From assembly GCA_965237675.1 (NCBI GenBank), contig OZ250150.1, positions 2,560,001 to 2,624,000 of the forward strand: a DNA stretch of 64,000 bases, written 5' to 3'. This document shows positions 39,441 through 49,226 of the stretch, in pieces (the stretch's first letter is position 1; each line of letters opens with the position of its first letter). Source of the stretch: Candidatus Latescibacterota bacterium. GTDB taxonomy: Bacteria > Latescibacterota > UBA2968 > GCA-2709665. A model generated the notes under the pieces. That model worked only from the letters and a program-made list of their open reading frames with translations. It made no database searches and was not told the DNA's origin. Made by a program: the position numbers and the translations under genes.

Positions 39441-40646
39441 ATGAATAAGCTTGCCGCCATAACTACCACGGCGCTGGCGATCGCCGCCCTCGGCTGTGAA
39501 AACAAAGCCCGAAAAGTAGCACATGCCGAAGCCGCCATTGCTGCCGCCGAAGCCGATGAAGCGGATAGCGCTGCAACAGCCGCCGAGGCCAGCACCGCGA
39601 AAGTTCTCGAATACGCCAAAACTGCAATTCAATTTGCGCAGGACGCCCACGAAATCAAACGCGCCTTTGTCAAAGAAGCCAGCCCAAGCATAAGCGGGCT
39701 TGACTTTGTCAAAGCTGCAAGGAAGAAATACTCCGCTGTCCTTGCCGACCGGGATGCGGCGAAGGACAAATACGATGCTATCAGCGAAGCCGAAAGTGGG
39801 GCGAGGATACAATACCAAACCGCTAAAGACGCCACAGATGCCGCGTGGGACAAATACGAAACTGGCAGATACGCGACCGCAGATAGGGCGTGGAAGAAAT
39901 ATTCGGCTGCCTTCAATGTCGAACGTGTTGCCTGGGACCGTTACGAAGATGTAAGTAGATTCGCCGAAAATTCGGCTACATTTGCCGCATTTGAAGAATA
40001 TCGTGCGGCCGAAGCTGCTTATGATACCGCATGGGCCGAATATCAAACTGCCAAGAGCAAATACGACGCTGTCAGCAACGCTGTAAATGCCGCAAGGAAG
40101 CGGTACCTTGCCGCTAAATTGGCTACAGATGTCACATGGGACAAATACGAAACTGCCAGATACGCAGCCGTAGACGCCGCCCAGGAAGCCGCAAGAAAGC
40201 AATACCAAGTTGCCAGGAAGGGCGCAGATACCGCGAAGGACAAATTTCAAGGCGTCTCGGATTTCGCCCGCAAACTCGAAAGCGAAATTTACCAGGCCAC
40301 AAATAACGCTCTCGAAGCAGCGGCAGACGCCGATAAAGCCAGAACAACGGCCCTCGAAGCCGTTCTTGACGCACGAAACGCTGCCAGAATTGCCGCTCGG
40401 GAAGCTATGCGTGCTAGAATCGCCGCCAGTGTAGACAACCCCGACCGCGCCGCCACCAAAGCCGACAAAGTCATACAAAAAACCGAAGATGCCAGGAGAG
40501 CAGCAATGAGAGTCCAAAATGCAGGACATTCGGCAAGACAAAAAGCCGCCTTTGCCAGAAACGAAGCAAGCCGAGCTAGAAACGCCTTCAAAGCCGCGAG
40601 TAGACCCACATACGAAGCCGCCCGTCGATATTTCGACGGGCCTTGA
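39441..40646 (+). CDS. Alanine-rich repeat coiled-coil lipoprotein
   Basis: MNKLAA...AALGC lipobox; repeats such as AARKKY and AAWDKYET.RYA. Confidence 0.75.
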   Translation: MNKLAAITTTALAIAALGCENKARKVAHAEAAIAAAEADEADSAATAAEASTAKVLEYAKTAIQFAQDAHEIKRAFVKEASPSISGLDFVKAARKKYSAVLADRDAAKDKYDAISEAESGARIQYQTAKDATDAAWDKYETGRYATADRAWKKYSAAFNVERVAWDRYEDVSRFAENSATFAAFEEYRAAEAAYDTAWAEYQTAKSKYDAVSNAVNAARKRYLAAKLATDVTWDKYETARYAAVDAAQEAARKQYQVARKGADTAKDKFQGVSDFARKLESEIYQATNNALEAAADADKARTTALEAVLDARNAARIAAREAMRARIAASVDNPDRAATKADKVIQKTEDARRAAMRVQNAGHSARQKAAFARNEASRARNAFKAASRPTYEAARRYFDGP

Positions 40647-40761
40647 AGCCCTGTAGATACAGCCCCCCGGACGCCGGGTGAAAAAAGAGCACGGGAAAAC
40701 TACAAGCCCGCAGAAACTGCAGCTTTGGCCAGGTAAGAGACAGTAATCCAAGAACGCAGAA

Positions 40762-41088
40762 ATGCCGAATAACCTGCGGGAGCCCAATGGGACAAATTCG
40801 AAATCGTCAACAAAGAGGTTGATGATGAACGAGAAAATGCAGACAACGAATTCAAACCTGACTAAACGGACCCAGCTCGAAATATGCAAGATAGCCGCAT
40901 TGTATGCCAATTGGGTCATGAATTCGGCCATTAAATGCACAATCTTAGTGAAAGTTGCTGAGTGCTCAGCAAATCACGCCGCCGCTTGTAACCTTGCCCC
41001 CAAAGCCGCCGAATTAGCCGTCACGAATTCCAATAACGCTCCCGAAATTGCCAAAGCCGCTCAATTTGCAAAAGAAATCCTCCCTTAG
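40762..41088 (+). CDS. Hypothetical protein or fragment with similar Ala/Asn-rich composition
   Basis: 108-aa ORF; tail AKAAQFAKE resembles AKTAIQFAQD of the upstream lipoprotein. Confidence 0.35.
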   Translation: MPNNLREPNGTNSKSSTKRLMMNEKMQTTNSNLTKRTQLEICKIAALYANWVMNSAIKCTILVKVAECSANHAAACNLAPKAAELAVTNSNNAPEIAKAAQFAKEILP

Positions 41089-41540
41089 TTTAAAAGACGC
41101 GGTAGCCAGCGACCTCTTCGGGCGATTGGCAGGCCAACTACGGCGTCACACACACGCAGGGCTGTTTAAACATCTTCATCATCACGTCTGACACGGAGCA
41201 TCTCATGTCAACGTGATCAACCCATATACCTCGGGCGCGCCCGTAGTAACGATTCGTCCCTCTCCTGTACAAAACACAAAGTGAGAGGGTCTTTTTTTGG
41301 ATTTGCGAGTCGGCCCGGTGACGACAATCCACTCGAAATTGCCATTCGGCGACCGCGTCTCCCGGCATCTCCTGTCCTCCTGTGTTGCCGTCACGATAGC
41401 GATTTTTGAGAATATGCGATGATGGCACCAACTGACGCAACCGCCAAAGGAAGTGTCGAAATCGCTTGTGACACTTTCTAAGGCATATGACACGCCGCCC
41501 CCAAAGACCCTTTCCAAATATACAGGAGATATGTATATAA

Positions 41541-41587
41541 ATCTTGTCGATATATAATTACATGAAATTCATATAAATCGACAAGAT
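41541..41587. promoter_or_regulatory. AT-rich inverted repeat, candidate operator
   Basis: ATCTTGTCGATATATA...TATAAATCGACAAGAT (15/16 match) upstream of an HTH gene. Confidence 0.55.
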
Positions 41588-41915
41588 ATCTTTACAATTA
41601 TGCCGTTCGACTACTGTGCATCACAGCAGAGAACGCTATGGGATTGGCGGGCTTCGCGCAAGGCCGCCCTGTGATTCTGAGCGGAGTCGAATAATCTCCC
41701 GTCCATTCCATTCTACGTGCGGAGCAATGTGCGACGGATGCTCGCGCCCATTCGTGGATGCCGCCCCAGAAGAGGGTGCGGATGTGCTGCCTAGCGGGCC
41801 GGGTCCAGTGACAGATACTCGGAGATCATCCGCCGGGAGCAGGAGATGCTTCGTCAGCCTGGCGGCTTCCTCAGCATGACAGTGTTGTCGCGCGTGTGGC
41901 AGACGTATTTCGCGG

Positions 41916-42224
41916 ATGATTCGGCGGCGCATACGTAGCATCTCCAGCCTTTCGCGGCTCGCGGGCCTGTCGCGCCAGACGGTGGACGCGTTGTACAACC
42001 GGCCGCACAGGGTGAAGGGGATCCGGTTCGAGACGCTTGACGGTCTCTGCAGGGCGCTGGATTGCGGGATCGAGGATCTGTTCCAGTACGTGCCCGAAAG
42101 CGATCCGGCCACGCAGTCGCGGATCGACGAGGTTGGCAAGGCGGATCCGGACTCGGCTTGTGTCGATGTTGTCCGGACCGGGCCGGCTGGTGAGGATGCG
42201 GGACGGATGCATCCATCCCACTGA
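41916..42224 (+). CDS. Cro/C1-type (HTH_26) transcriptional regulator, start uncertain
   Basis: LSRLAGLSRQTVDALYN...GIRFETLDGLCRALDCGIEDLFQY. Confidence 0.85.
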   Translation: MIRRRIRSISSLSRLAGLSRQTVDALYNRPHRVKGIRFETLDGLCRALDCGIEDLFQYVPESDPATQSRIDEVGKADPDSACVDVVRTGPAGEDAGRMHPSH

Positions 42225-42355
42225 AGGTACGTAGCGTGTGAATTCTCAGAGCCGTGGACCGAGCCGGCGTTTCGGGAAGTGGAATCCGCGTGGACGGAGC
42301 GTCGACGATAGACCGCTCGGCGGAATATGCGGAGGTTTGTGGAAGGGGGTTGGTT

Positions 42356-43912
42356 ATGCTTCAGGTGAATGATCTGCGCGTTGCCTACGGCGCTGTTTCC
42401 GTGCTCGATGGCATTTCTTTCAGCATGCAGCGAGGGGAGACGCTTGCGTTGGTGGGGGCAAACGGGTGTGGAAAAACCACGTTGTTGAATTGCCTCGTGG
42501 GCGCGATTACGGATTACGAGGGAACCGTGGCGTTGGACAGGTCCGCCAGGCCCGCCTATGTGCCCCAGGAGAGCCCGGTTGGATTCGAGGGGTCGGCGCT
42601 GGAGCGCGCGTTGTCTTTTGATGCCGAATTGGTGCGGTTATACAGGGGCATTCAGGCGGGGCGGAACGAGGCCTATCAGGAGTATTACGAATCCGGCGGG
42701 TACCAAAGCGAGGACCGGGTTCGTGCCTATGCCGAGAATTTCGGCGTGGTATTGGAAACGCCGTATGCGATGATGTCTCGCGGGCAGCAGCGCAAGGTGG
42801 ACCTGGTGGGGGTGTTGGCCCTGGACGCGGACCTGCTGCTGTTCGACGAACCACTGAATTATCTGGACATCAGGGGCATTACAGCGTTTGAAGAGGTCAT
42901 AAATCTTGTCAAACGAAGGGGAAGTGCGGTATTGATCGTGAGCCACGATCGGGAGTTGATCGACAATGTGGCGGATCGAACGGGATATCTGGAGCGGGGG
43001 AGGATGTTCTCGGTTCAGGGCGGTTATTCAACGGCGTTGGAGCACAAGGAGGCGGATTTTCGGGGCCGGATGGACAGGGCAAGGACGCTGAAAAAGAAGA
43101 TATCCGGGCTTCAGGAAGCCATGCGGCGGCGCATGTCGTGGGGCGTGAGCAGAGAGAATGAGACCAGGGATTCTTCAAGCCGGCGCCTGGCGGCAAAGGT
43201 AATGAAGGGTGCGAAGGTGATGGAACGCCGTCTGGAACGGCACAGGGCCGATCTGGAAGAGGAGAAGCCCTGGATTGAAAAGAGAATACGATTGAACTTT
43301 CCGGCCTATGAGGTGGACCGGCGGCTGATGGGGAGGATGGAGGCCGTGAGCAAGCAGTTTGGCGGCAACCCGGTCCTGGAGGCTCTGGACCTGGTTGTGG
43401 AGACCAGAGACCGAATCGCATTGATGGGCGCGAACGGGGCCGGGAAGACAACGCTCTTGAATATGATGACGGGGAAACTACCGCCGGATTCGGGCGCGGT
43501 CTATTTTAACCCGAACGTGAATATGGGTTATTTAACCCAGGGACTGGACGGGTTTTACAACCAGGAGATCTTCCTGCACAATTTTGCAGACGTTGATTAC
43601 GAGGAAAGCGAGGTGCGGCAGTTCCTGGGTGCGGCCATGCTGCGCGGTGAAAAGGTCGTCCGTCCGGTTCATACGCTGAGTTACGGCGAGCGGATGCGCG
43701 GCGCCATTGTGAAAATGATACTGAAACGGATGGAGTTTCTGGTGTTGGACGAGCCCACGACGCACCTGGATATCGAGTCCGTGGAGGTGCTGGAAAGGCT
43801 GCTCGAGACGTTTCCCGGCGGGTTCGTGGTTGTCAGCCACGACCGGCGTTTGATTTCTCACGTGGCGGATGAGGTCTATATGTTGGAAAACGGACGGTTG
43901 GAACGGTTGTAG
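42356..43912 (+). CDS. ABC-F family ATPase (ribosome-associated)
   Basis: Two NBDs (GANGCGKT/FDEPLNYLD/VSHDR and GANGAGKT/LDEPTTHLD/VSHDR), helical linker, no TM segments. Confidence 0.92.
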   Translation: MLQVNDLRVAYGAVSVLDGISFSMQRGETLALVGANGCGKTTLLNCLVGAITDYEGTVALDRSARPAYVPQESPVGFEGSALERALSFDAELVRLYRGIQAGRNEAYQEYYESGGYQSEDRVRAYAENFGVVLETPYAMMSRGQQRKVDLVGVLALDADLLLFDEPLNYLDIRGITAFEEVINLVKRRGSAVLIVSHDRELIDNVADRTGYLERGRMFSVQGGYSTALEHKEADFRGRMDRARTLKKKISGLQEAMRRRMSWGVSRENETRDSSSRRLAAKVMKGAKVMERRLERHRADLEEEKPWIEKRIRLNFPAYEVDRRLMGRMEAVSKQFGGNPVLEALDLVVETRDRIALMGANGAGKTTLLNMMTGKLPPDSGAVYFNPNVNMGYLTQGLDGFYNQEIFLHNFADVDYEESEVRQFLGAAMLRGEKVVRPVHTLSYGERMRGAIVKMILKRMEFLVLDEPTTHLDIESVEVLERLLETFPGGFVVVSHDRRLISHVADEVYMLENGRLERL

Positions 43913-44139
43913 ACGCGGAAGCCGTGGATTTTAGTGAGAACCGGTTTCCCAGAAGTAGATGGGTTTGCCCGTGTTGTCGATATAGCCGGAACGCCCTTCT
44001 CCGACCACGGGAGCCACGCCGCCGTTAAAAGCCCAGACCCTGGTGAATTGGGGTTCGGCGTTACGAGACCAACTTTGAGCCGTTCCATTTCATACGAAGC
44101 GATGCGAAATTTCCCCCATTCCGGTACGGTGCAAATCCA

Positions 44140-45156
44140 ATGAAGGTCATCTATTCCGCGACCCACCAGCGTCATTCGCCGCCCTTTCAGTTTATTGGAG
44201 GCGGGCTGAAGCCGTATCCCGAGGTACCGGAGCGGGTGGAGGCGATTCTGCGGGCCATAGAAGGGACGTACGAGGTGATGCCGCCGCGGGGGTTTTCGAT
44301 GGATGCCATCCGCGCCGTACACGACGCGGGATATCTGCGCTTCCTGGAGCGCGCGCACGCGGCGTGGGTCGATCGTGGGGGAGGCAGCGAAACCGGACTG
44401 ATCCCTGACACTTTCGCCGCGCGCGCGTCGTCCCGCAGGCCGCGCGACCCTGTGCAACAGGCGGGTTACTACGGCTTCGAAACACAGACGCCGATTCTGG
44501 AACACACTTTTGCGACGGCGCGCGAGGCCACGTTCTGCGCGCTGACCGGCGCTGCGTTACTGCTGGAGGGAGAGACCGGCGTCTATTCGCTCAGCCGTCC
44601 GCCGGGCCATCACGCCGCGGCCGACCTGTACGGCGGCTATTGCTACCTGAACCACGCGGCGGTCGCGGCAGAATATCTCAGCGCCGGTGGACGGGTGGCC
44701 GTGCTGGACGTGGACTATCACCACGGGAATGGGACGCAGTCGATCTTCTACGCCTCCGATGCGGTTCTCTTCATTTCGATCCACGCGGACCCGGATTGCG
44801 AGTACCCTTATTTCAGCGGGTTTGCGGATGAGGCGGGTGCGGGCGCCGGGAGAGGGCTGAACGTGAATCTGCCGCTTCCCATCGGCGCGGGCGACACGCT
44901 GTACGTGGAGACGCTGGACAGGGCGCTGAACGAAGTGGATCGGTTCGCCCCCGCCTTTCTCGTGGTGTCGCTGGGCGTGGACATCTGCCGGCGAGACCCG
45001 CTGGGTAAGTTCGACCTGCCGGTTTCTACGTTCGAGACAATCGGTCGGCGACTGGCCCGTGGAGGTCTTCCGACGCTGCTGGTGCAGGAAGGCGGATACG
45101 CTCTGGACACCGTTGGCGCGTGTGTGCAGAATGTGCTTGATGGATTTGGGCCTTAG
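44140..45156 (+). CDS. Histone deacetylase-family / acetylpolyamine amidohydrolase
   Basis: Motifs PEVPER, RPPGHHA, GGYCYLN, DVDYHHGNGTQ, QEGGY. Confidence 0.93.
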   Translation: MKVIYSATHQRHSPPFQFIGGGLKPYPEVPERVEAILRAIEGTYEVMPPRGFSMDAIRAVHDAGYLRFLERAHAAWVDRGGGSETGLIPDTFAARASSRRPRDPVQQAGYYGFETQTPILEHTFATAREATFCALTGAALLLEGETGVYSLSRPPGHHAAADLYGGYCYLNHAAVAAEYLSAGGRVAVLDVDYHHGNGTQSIFYASDAVLFISIHADPDCEYPYFSGFADEAGAGAGRGLNVNLPLPIGAGDTLYVETLDRALNEVDRFAPAFLVVSLGVDICRRDPLGKFDLPVSTFETIGRRLARGGLPTLLVQEGGYALDTVGACVQNVLDGFGP

Positions 45157-45243
45157 GCGTTAATTGTCCGTTCGGACACCCCGAACGAACAGAGGCAATT
45201 TAGGCGCCATTGCGTCGCTGGCGGCCGTGTTGGCTGGCGAAAG

Positions 45244-45999
45244 GTGGAAGTGATGATTCTCGCTGAAATGACGTCCCCCGAAATCGACGCCCTGCCGCGG
45301 GATATTGTGGTATTGATGCCTGTGGCCTCCTGTGAACAGCACAGCTTGCATCTGCCCGTGTTTACCGACAGTCTGATCGGGGGCGAGGTGGCCAGGCGCG
45401 TGCACGAGCGCTGCCCGGACGACGTACTGGTGTTGCCGGTGCAGTGGCTGGGGTACTCCCAGCATCATATCCGTTATCCCGGCACGGTGAGTGCGGTGTC
45501 CCAGACGCATCTGCTTCTGATGATGGACATCGCGGCGTCGATGGTGGGGCACGGGTTTCGGAAGATTCTGATTCAGAACAGCCATGGCGGGAACGGCGCG
45601 AATATCTCCGTGCTGCTGCAGCGGCTGATGGAACGGTACCCCGACGGCGACGTGGAATTTTACTCACGCTGGGCGTGGGCCTCCGGCGATTCGCTGAACA
45701 GGATACGCAAACTCGGTTCCGGCGGGTCCGGCCATGCCGGCGAGTCGGAGACGTCGATGATCCTGGCGATCCGTCCCGAACTCGTGCGCACGGACCGGCT
45801 GGATGCGGATGGCGAACGGGACGGTATGCGGGTGCCGGGGGTGGCCTCGTATTATCGATTCGATCAACGCACCCGGCACGGCGGCGTGGGCGACCCCACG
45901 GTCGCAAGCGCAAAGGATGGGGAACATATGCTGGATGCTTCCGCGGATGAGGTCGCCGAACACGTGCGGCAGATCCGGGCCCTGAAGCCGTTCGGTTAG
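45244..45999 (+). CDS. Creatininase-family amidohydrolase
   Basis: Motifs CEQHSLHLP..TD, NSHGGN, HAGESETS, GGVGDP. Confidence 0.92.
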   Translation: MEVMILAEMTSPEIDALPRDIVVLMPVASCEQHSLHLPVFTDSLIGGEVARRVHERCPDDVLVLPVQWLGYSQHHIRYPGTVSAVSQTHLLLMMDIAASMVGHGFRKILIQNSHGGNGANISVLLQRLMERYPDGDVEFYSRWAWASGDSLNRIRKLGSGGSGHAGESETSMILAIRPELVRTDRLDADGERDGMRVPGVASYYRFDQRTRHGGVGDPTVASAKDGEHMLDASADEVAEHVRQIRALKPFG

Positions 46000-46142
46000 T
46001 GGCGGATTCAGGGAATTGACATTGGGTTCGGTCATTGAGAAGGAACCCGCCGGCCTGTACCGGGGTCGGCCGTTCACACCTATGGCAGATGTACAAGATC
46101 GTTTGGCATCAGCGCGTCGCAAATACACCCGGAGGAGACGGC

Positions 46143-46934
46143 ATGCGCAGAAATCGACTGAGTGAGTTGCTGAAGGCGGATCAGCCCAGTCTGGGAACCC
46201 ACGTTCACAGCCCATGGCCGACCGTGATGGAACTGGTCGGAATATCCGGAATGTACGACTACGTGGAATACGTTTCGGAATACGCACCGTACGACCTGCA
46301 TACGTTCGAGAACCTCGCCAGGGCGATCGAATTGTACGATATGTCGTCGATGATCAAGGTGGAACAGGAACCGAGAGCACACCTTGCGTCGCGTGCAATC
46401 GGCGCCGGCATTCAGAATGTACTGTTCGCGGACGTGCGTTCGGTTTCGGACACGCGCGAGTGCGTGAAGGCGGTGCGTGCCGAAACGCCCACGGCGGGAG
46501 GGCAGCATGGGGCCAGCATGCGCCGGACCATGAAGTTCGGGATGGCCGGGGGACTGCCCGAGTTCGTGGATGCCATGGAGGATGTCGTGATCGCCGTGAT
46601 GATCGAAAAGGCGCCGGCGGTGGAGAATCTGGAGGCGCTTCTGTCGGTGGGCGGCGTGGATATGGTGCAGTTCGGACCCGGCGACTATTCCATGAGTATC
46701 GGGCATCCCGGCGAATATGGACACGAAAGCGTCAGAGAGGCGGAGAAGTTCGTCATCGAGACGTCGTTGAAAATGGGTGTGGCGCCGCGCGCGGAAATCA
46801 GCAGTCCGGACCAGGCAAAGCGTTATCTGGATATGGGCGTAAAACACTTCTGTATCGGTACGGATGTCAGCATCCTGATGGACTGGTTCCGATCGCGGGG
46901 AGAGGAAATGCGGCGGGTGCTGGAAGGCGCGTGA
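46143..46934 (+). CDS. HpcH/HpaI aldolase family
   Basis: Motifs VMIEK..AVENLEALL, QFGPGDYSMSIG, IGTD; GGAGG RBS. Confidence 0.9.
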   Translation: MRRNRLSELLKADQPSLGTHVHSPWPTVMELVGISGMYDYVEYVSEYAPYDLHTFENLARAIELYDMSSMIKVEQEPRAHLASRAIGAGIQNVLFADVRSVSDTRECVKAVRAETPTAGGQHGASMRRTMKFGMAGGLPEFVDAMEDVVIAVMIEKAPAVENLEALLSVGGVDMVQFGPGDYSMSIGHPGEYGHESVREAEKFVIETSLKMGVAPRAEISSPDQAKRYLDMGVKHFCIGTDVSILMDWFRSRGEEMRRVLEGA

Positions 46935-47165
46935 TTTTACCCGTCTGCATGCTGGCATCTCGCAAATTGCGAGAGGATTGGCGCCCGCTCTCTGAACGGA
47001 TTCGATAGTGGCGGTCACCACAATTTCAGAGTCGCCCGGACTGACAGGAATCGAACATGAAGTACATATCCATCTGATTTTCGCGGCGTCGGGATAACGA
47101 CAGGTGCCGCGGATTCAAGAGGCATGTTCGCGAAGCGCGACAGGCCGGAGGGAGGCGATTTTCTA

Positions 47166-48221
47166 ATGGCAGCGGAATCAGCTGAAGTCGATCGGGCGGA
47201 TCCTCACAGTCTCTGGAACGTGGACAATCCTCGGATGCACGTGGGCACGCAGCGGTTCGACACAACGGACGAACACCTGGGGTTTCTCGCGCGCCTCGGC
47301 GTGAACAGTATGGCCGCGAACGATATCACGTTCGATCGCGAGCGGGGTTGGGATGCCGAGGAACTTGCGGAGAAACGCGAGAAATGCCGGCGTTTCGGCG
47401 TCGACCTGGAAATGGTGGCGCTGCCCCTCCACCAGTTCAACGACGACGGCGGATCGACGCCCAACTATATGCTGGGAAACTGGAAGAAGGGGGAGAAGGA
47501 GATCGACCGCGTCTGCAGAATGGTGCAGGCAACGGCCGATGCCGGCATTCCGGCAATCAAATATTTCCTGTGTGAGATGGAAAACCAGCGCACGGAAAGC
47601 GTGCCGCCGGGGCGCGGAGGCGTGCGGTATTCCACCTGGGATCTCTCAAAGGCCGATGCCGGTACGCCGCGCTTCGATAAACCCGTGACGGCCGAGGAGA
47701 ACTGGGAGCGGGTGACGTTCTTCCTGGAGCGCGTGATTCCGGTTGCCGAGGCGTGCAAGGTGCGCATGGCGTGTCATCCCTGCGATCCCTGGCTGCCGCC
47801 AGGATACAAGGGCGTGGACCGCGTCCTGGGCGGGGCTGAGGGATTCAAGCGGTTTATCGAAATCTGTGCCAGTCCCTATCACGGCCTGAATCTCTGCCTG
47901 GGCTGCATGGCGGAGAGCGTGGAGGATCCTGCCCGGGAAGTGCCGGATATTATCCGTTATTTCGGAGAACGAAAGAAGATTCATCTGATCCACTATCGGA
48001 ATATCTTCGGCGGACGCAACAAATTCCAGGAGGTCTGGCCCGACGAAGGCGACATGAACATGTTCACGCTGATGCAGGCGCTTAGAGACGTGGGCTATCC
48101 GCACATGGTCGTGCCGGACCACGCACCGGGCCACAGCGCGTCGGGCAGCTTCGAACAGGCGTTCGCCTTCCAGTTCGGCTATATCAAGGCGATGATGCAG
48201 GCCGTGTTCTCGGCTGCCTGA
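47166..48221 (+). CDS. uxuA: Mannonate dehydratase-like (UxuA family)
   Basis: Motifs WERVTFFLERVIPVAE, MACHPCDP, IHLIHYRN, DEGDMNM, VPDHAP, AFQFGYIKA. Confidence 0.82.
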   Translation: MAAESAEVDRADPHSLWNVDNPRMHVGTQRFDTTDEHLGFLARLGVNSMAANDITFDRERGWDAEELAEKREKCRRFGVDLEMVALPLHQFNDDGGSTPNYMLGNWKKGEKEIDRVCRMVQATADAGIPAIKYFLCEMENQRTESVPPGRGGVRYSTWDLSKADAGTPRFDKPVTAEENWERVTFFLERVIPVAEACKVRMACHPCDPWLPPGYKGVDRVLGGAEGFKRFIEICASPYHGLNLCLGCMAESVEDPAREVPDIIRYFGERKKIHLIHYRNIFGGRNKFQEVWPDEGDMNMFTLMQALRDVGYPHMVVPDHAPGHSASGSFEQAFAFQFGYIKAMMQAVFSAA

Positions 48222-48340
48222 GGAGGTGTGCACGGGCGGATATCGGCAAATCGACCGGTGCATTCGACACGTCCCGCCAAAGCGGGGCCGAGACGTCGAT
48301 GTTCGTTCAAGGGAAACCGCGTTCTTGTGGAGTCGTGACG

Positions 48341-48679
48341 ATGTTCGATACGAGCGTATTCGATCGGGCTCTCAAGAAACTAAGAGAGAAGCGAAACAGC
48401 GAGAGAGAGGAATGCCTGCGTTCCGTTGTTGCAACCCTGGAACGCATCCGGAGACAATACGACATTCGTGAGGCCTATGTCACGGGGTCGCTTCTGGTCG
48501 AGCACAGATGGAATCAAGCTTCCGACGTCGACGTGGCTGTCGGCGGATGCTCCGGATCGGTCCTCGACGTGATGAAGGCGTTGGAAGATGCCACGGCCAG
48601 GGTTGTGGACGTCATCGATCTGGACACGCATCCGTTTCCCGAAACGACCAAGGAAAAGGGTTGGAAGGTATATGGATGA
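48341..48679 (+). CDS. Minimal nucleotidyltransferase (MNT) antitoxin
   Basis: Motif TGSLL.....SDVDVAV and VDVIDLD. Confidence 0.85.
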   Translation: MFDTSVFDRALKKLREKRNSEREECLRSVVATLERIRRQYDIREAYVTGSLLVEHRWNQASDVDVAVGGCSGSVLDVMKALEDATARVVDVIDLDTHPFPETTKEKGWKVYG

Positions 48680-49133
48680 AGCCAGGACCGCCATCCTGAA
48701 GGCGGAAATCGATTCGCGCGAGCGTGATATAGACCGCATTTACGAACGGATCGAACAGCGGACAGGGATATTTCGCCAAACGGCCGAGGGTGTCGACAGT
48801 ATGGCCTATCAGATCCACAATCTCTATTCCGTTTTCAAGCAGCTCTTCGAGACAGTCGTCCATTTCTTCGAGAACCGGCTTGAAGAGGAGAGGTATCATA
48901 TAGACCTCTTGCGCCGGATGTGCCTTGAAATCGATGGCATCAGGCCGACCCTGGTATCCGATGACGCCTTTGATCTGCTGGATGAACTGCGCAGGTTTCG
49001 GCATTTTTTTCGGCACGCGTACACGGCCGAATTGAATCCGGAAAAGTTGGACGATCTTCTCGGCAAAGCCCGTCGCCTGAGAGAGATTCACAGGCAGGAC
49101 GTGGTAAAATTCATGGACCGGATGAAGAAATAG
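48672..49133 (+). CDS. HEPN (HepT-like) RNase toxin
   Basis: Rx4HxY motif in RFRHFFRHAY; overlaps the MNT stop. Confidence 0.85.
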   Translation: MDEARTAILKAEIDSRERDIDRIYERIEQRTGIFRQTAEGVDSMAYQIHNLYSVFKQLFETVVHFFENRLEEERYHIDLLRRMCLEIDGIRPTLVSDDAFDLLDELRRFRHFFRHAYTAELNPEKLDDLLGKARRLREIHRQDVVKFMDRMKK

Positions 49134-49226
49134 GCAGAGGTGTGGTGCGAACCTGCGGCACGCGTCGTCGAGATACTGGTCTCTGAATCGGTTTACGATG
49201 AATCCGTGAATGGGAGTCGCCACGAA

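Noticed and set aside
39381-40940. 519-aa minus-strand ORF
   Set aside because: Antisense shadow of the Ala-rich lipoprotein; its Phe/Gly/Cys/Val-rich composition is what reverse-complemented GCC/AAA/GAC codons produce.
41138-41517. Minus-strand ORFs of ~100 aa
   Set aside because: No RBS or motifs, atypical composition and they overlap a short repeat; treated as intergenic.
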